Positions 31,552-32,000 of a stretch of DNA of 32,000 bases are shown here, piece after piece. The stretch's first letter is position 1. Each line of letters begins with the position of its first letter. The stretch comes from Thermodesulfobacterium commune DSM 2178 (GTDB taxonomy: Bacteria; Desulfobacterota; Thermodesulfobacteria; Thermodesulfobacteriales; Thermodesulfobacteriaceae): assembly GCF_000734015.1 (NCBI RefSeq), contig NZ_CP008796.1, positions 270,001 through 302,000 of the forward strand, written 5' to 3'. The notes below the pieces were generated by a model, which worked only from the letters and a program-made list of their open reading frames with translations, was not told where the DNA came from and searched no databases. Position numbers and translations under genes: made by a program.

Positions 31552-31740
31552 ATGTTTGAAATTACTGTGAATTATGACACCTGTGATGCTTGTGGCACCT
31601 GCATTGAATCTTGTCCTGCTCAGGTTTATGACAAAGGAGATGATGGGAAACCTGTCATTTCAAGAGCAGAGGATTGTCTTGGTTGCATGACCTGTGTGGA
31701 GGTATGTCCAACAGGTTCTATCACTGTTAAAGAAATTTAG
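31552..31740 (+). CDS. 2x[4Fe-4S] ferredoxin (62 aa)
   Basis: CDACGTCIESCP and CLGCMTCVEVCP. Strong AGGAGGTG RBS. Confidence 0.9.
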   Translation: MFEITVNYDTCDACGTCIESCPAQVYDKGDDGKPVISRAEDCLGCMTCVEVCPTGSITVKEI

Positions 31741-31755
31741 TGTTTTAGACTTTTT

Positions 31756-31784
31756 CCCTCTGAGGGCTTTAAAGCCCCAGAGGG
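31756..31784. terminator. Hairpin between the convergent ferredoxin and coaD genes
   Basis: CCCTCTG-A-GGGC (31756-31767) pairs with GCCC-CAGAGGG (31774-31784). It is followed by AACTTTTCTTTT and overlaps the coaD stop codon. Confidence 0.55.
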
Positions 31785-32000
31785 AACTTTTCTTTTAACT
31801 TTTCAAAAACTATCTTAGGAACTAAATCTTCTACTTTTCCACCCAATCTTGCAGCCTCCTTTACTATAGAAGAGCTTAAAAAGATCCATTTAAGGCTTGG
31901 TAAAAGGAAAATGGTGTCAATGCTGTTAGAAAGTTTCCTGTTCATTAAGGCTAATTGCATTTCATATTCAAAATCAGAAACTGCCCTTAGACCTCTGATA
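31769..32000 (-). CDS. coaD: Phosphopantetheine adenylyltransferase, C-terminal part (5' end lies outside the window)
   Basis: The reverse frame is open to the window edge. IRGLRAVSDFEYEMQLALMNRKL...IDTIFLLPS..W.FLSSSIVKEAARLGGKVEDLVP matches the conserved CoaD C-terminus. The track's ATG at 31960 is internal. Confidence 0.85.
   Translation of the reverse strand, partial: IRGLRAVSDFEYEMQLALMNRKLSNSIDTIFLLPSLKWIFLSSSIVKEAARLGGKVEDLVPKIVFEKLKEKFPLGL

Overview
This is an AT-rich window (roughly one-third G+C by eye) whose proteins are rich in K, E and I, as in thermophiles. It looks like core chromosome of a dissimilatory sulfate/sulfite reducer, probably Thermodesulfobacterium- or Thermodesulfobacteriota-like; the taxon is inference only.

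Gene order:
- hom (5'-truncated), then a CheD-like gene translationally coupled to an HDOD gene.
- Two tandemly duplicated Pro/Ala-repeat mini-lipoproteins plus a Lys-rich secreted peptide.
- An unknown secreted protein (-) and an EndoQ-type PHP nuclease (-).
- zapB-like, zapA, a 6S RNA (the only RNA gene, absent from the ORF track), rny, ymdB, def (-).
- A DRTGG/Pta-N-like protein, mtaD, a CBS-pair protein, acs, an Fe-alcohol dehydrogenase and a 2-hydroxyacid dehydrogenase.
- An archaeal-type RibD-C reductase (-) overlapping a CDP-alcohol phosphatidyltransferase (-).
- rplU-rpmA, then a tightly coupled block: plsY, DUF342/FapA-like #1, orphan, tilS, DUF342/FapA-like #2.
- A complete dsrMKJOP operon preceded by an uncharacterised 185-aa gene, then dsrN (CobB-family amidase) with a ferredoxin, and the 3' end of coaD (-).

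I found no transposase, integrase, CRISPR array, tRNA/rRNA or recognisable defence or toxin-antitoxin genes. Three ORF-track starts are probably wrong (EndoQ, tilS, dsrO).

Nothing here is demonstrably a new system. The candidates most worth a second look are:
- the Lys-terminated Pro-rich lipoprotein duplication, as a possible Braun-lipoprotein analogue;
- the CheD-like protein with both recalled catalytic positions substituted, coupled to HDOD;
- the two DUF342 paralogues bracketing an orphan gene and tilS;
- the RibD-C reductase / CDP-alcohol transferase pair;
- the unknown first gene of the dsr operon;
- several promoters placed so that the mRNA would be leaderless.

All homology statements come from reading motifs by eye. 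No searches were run.
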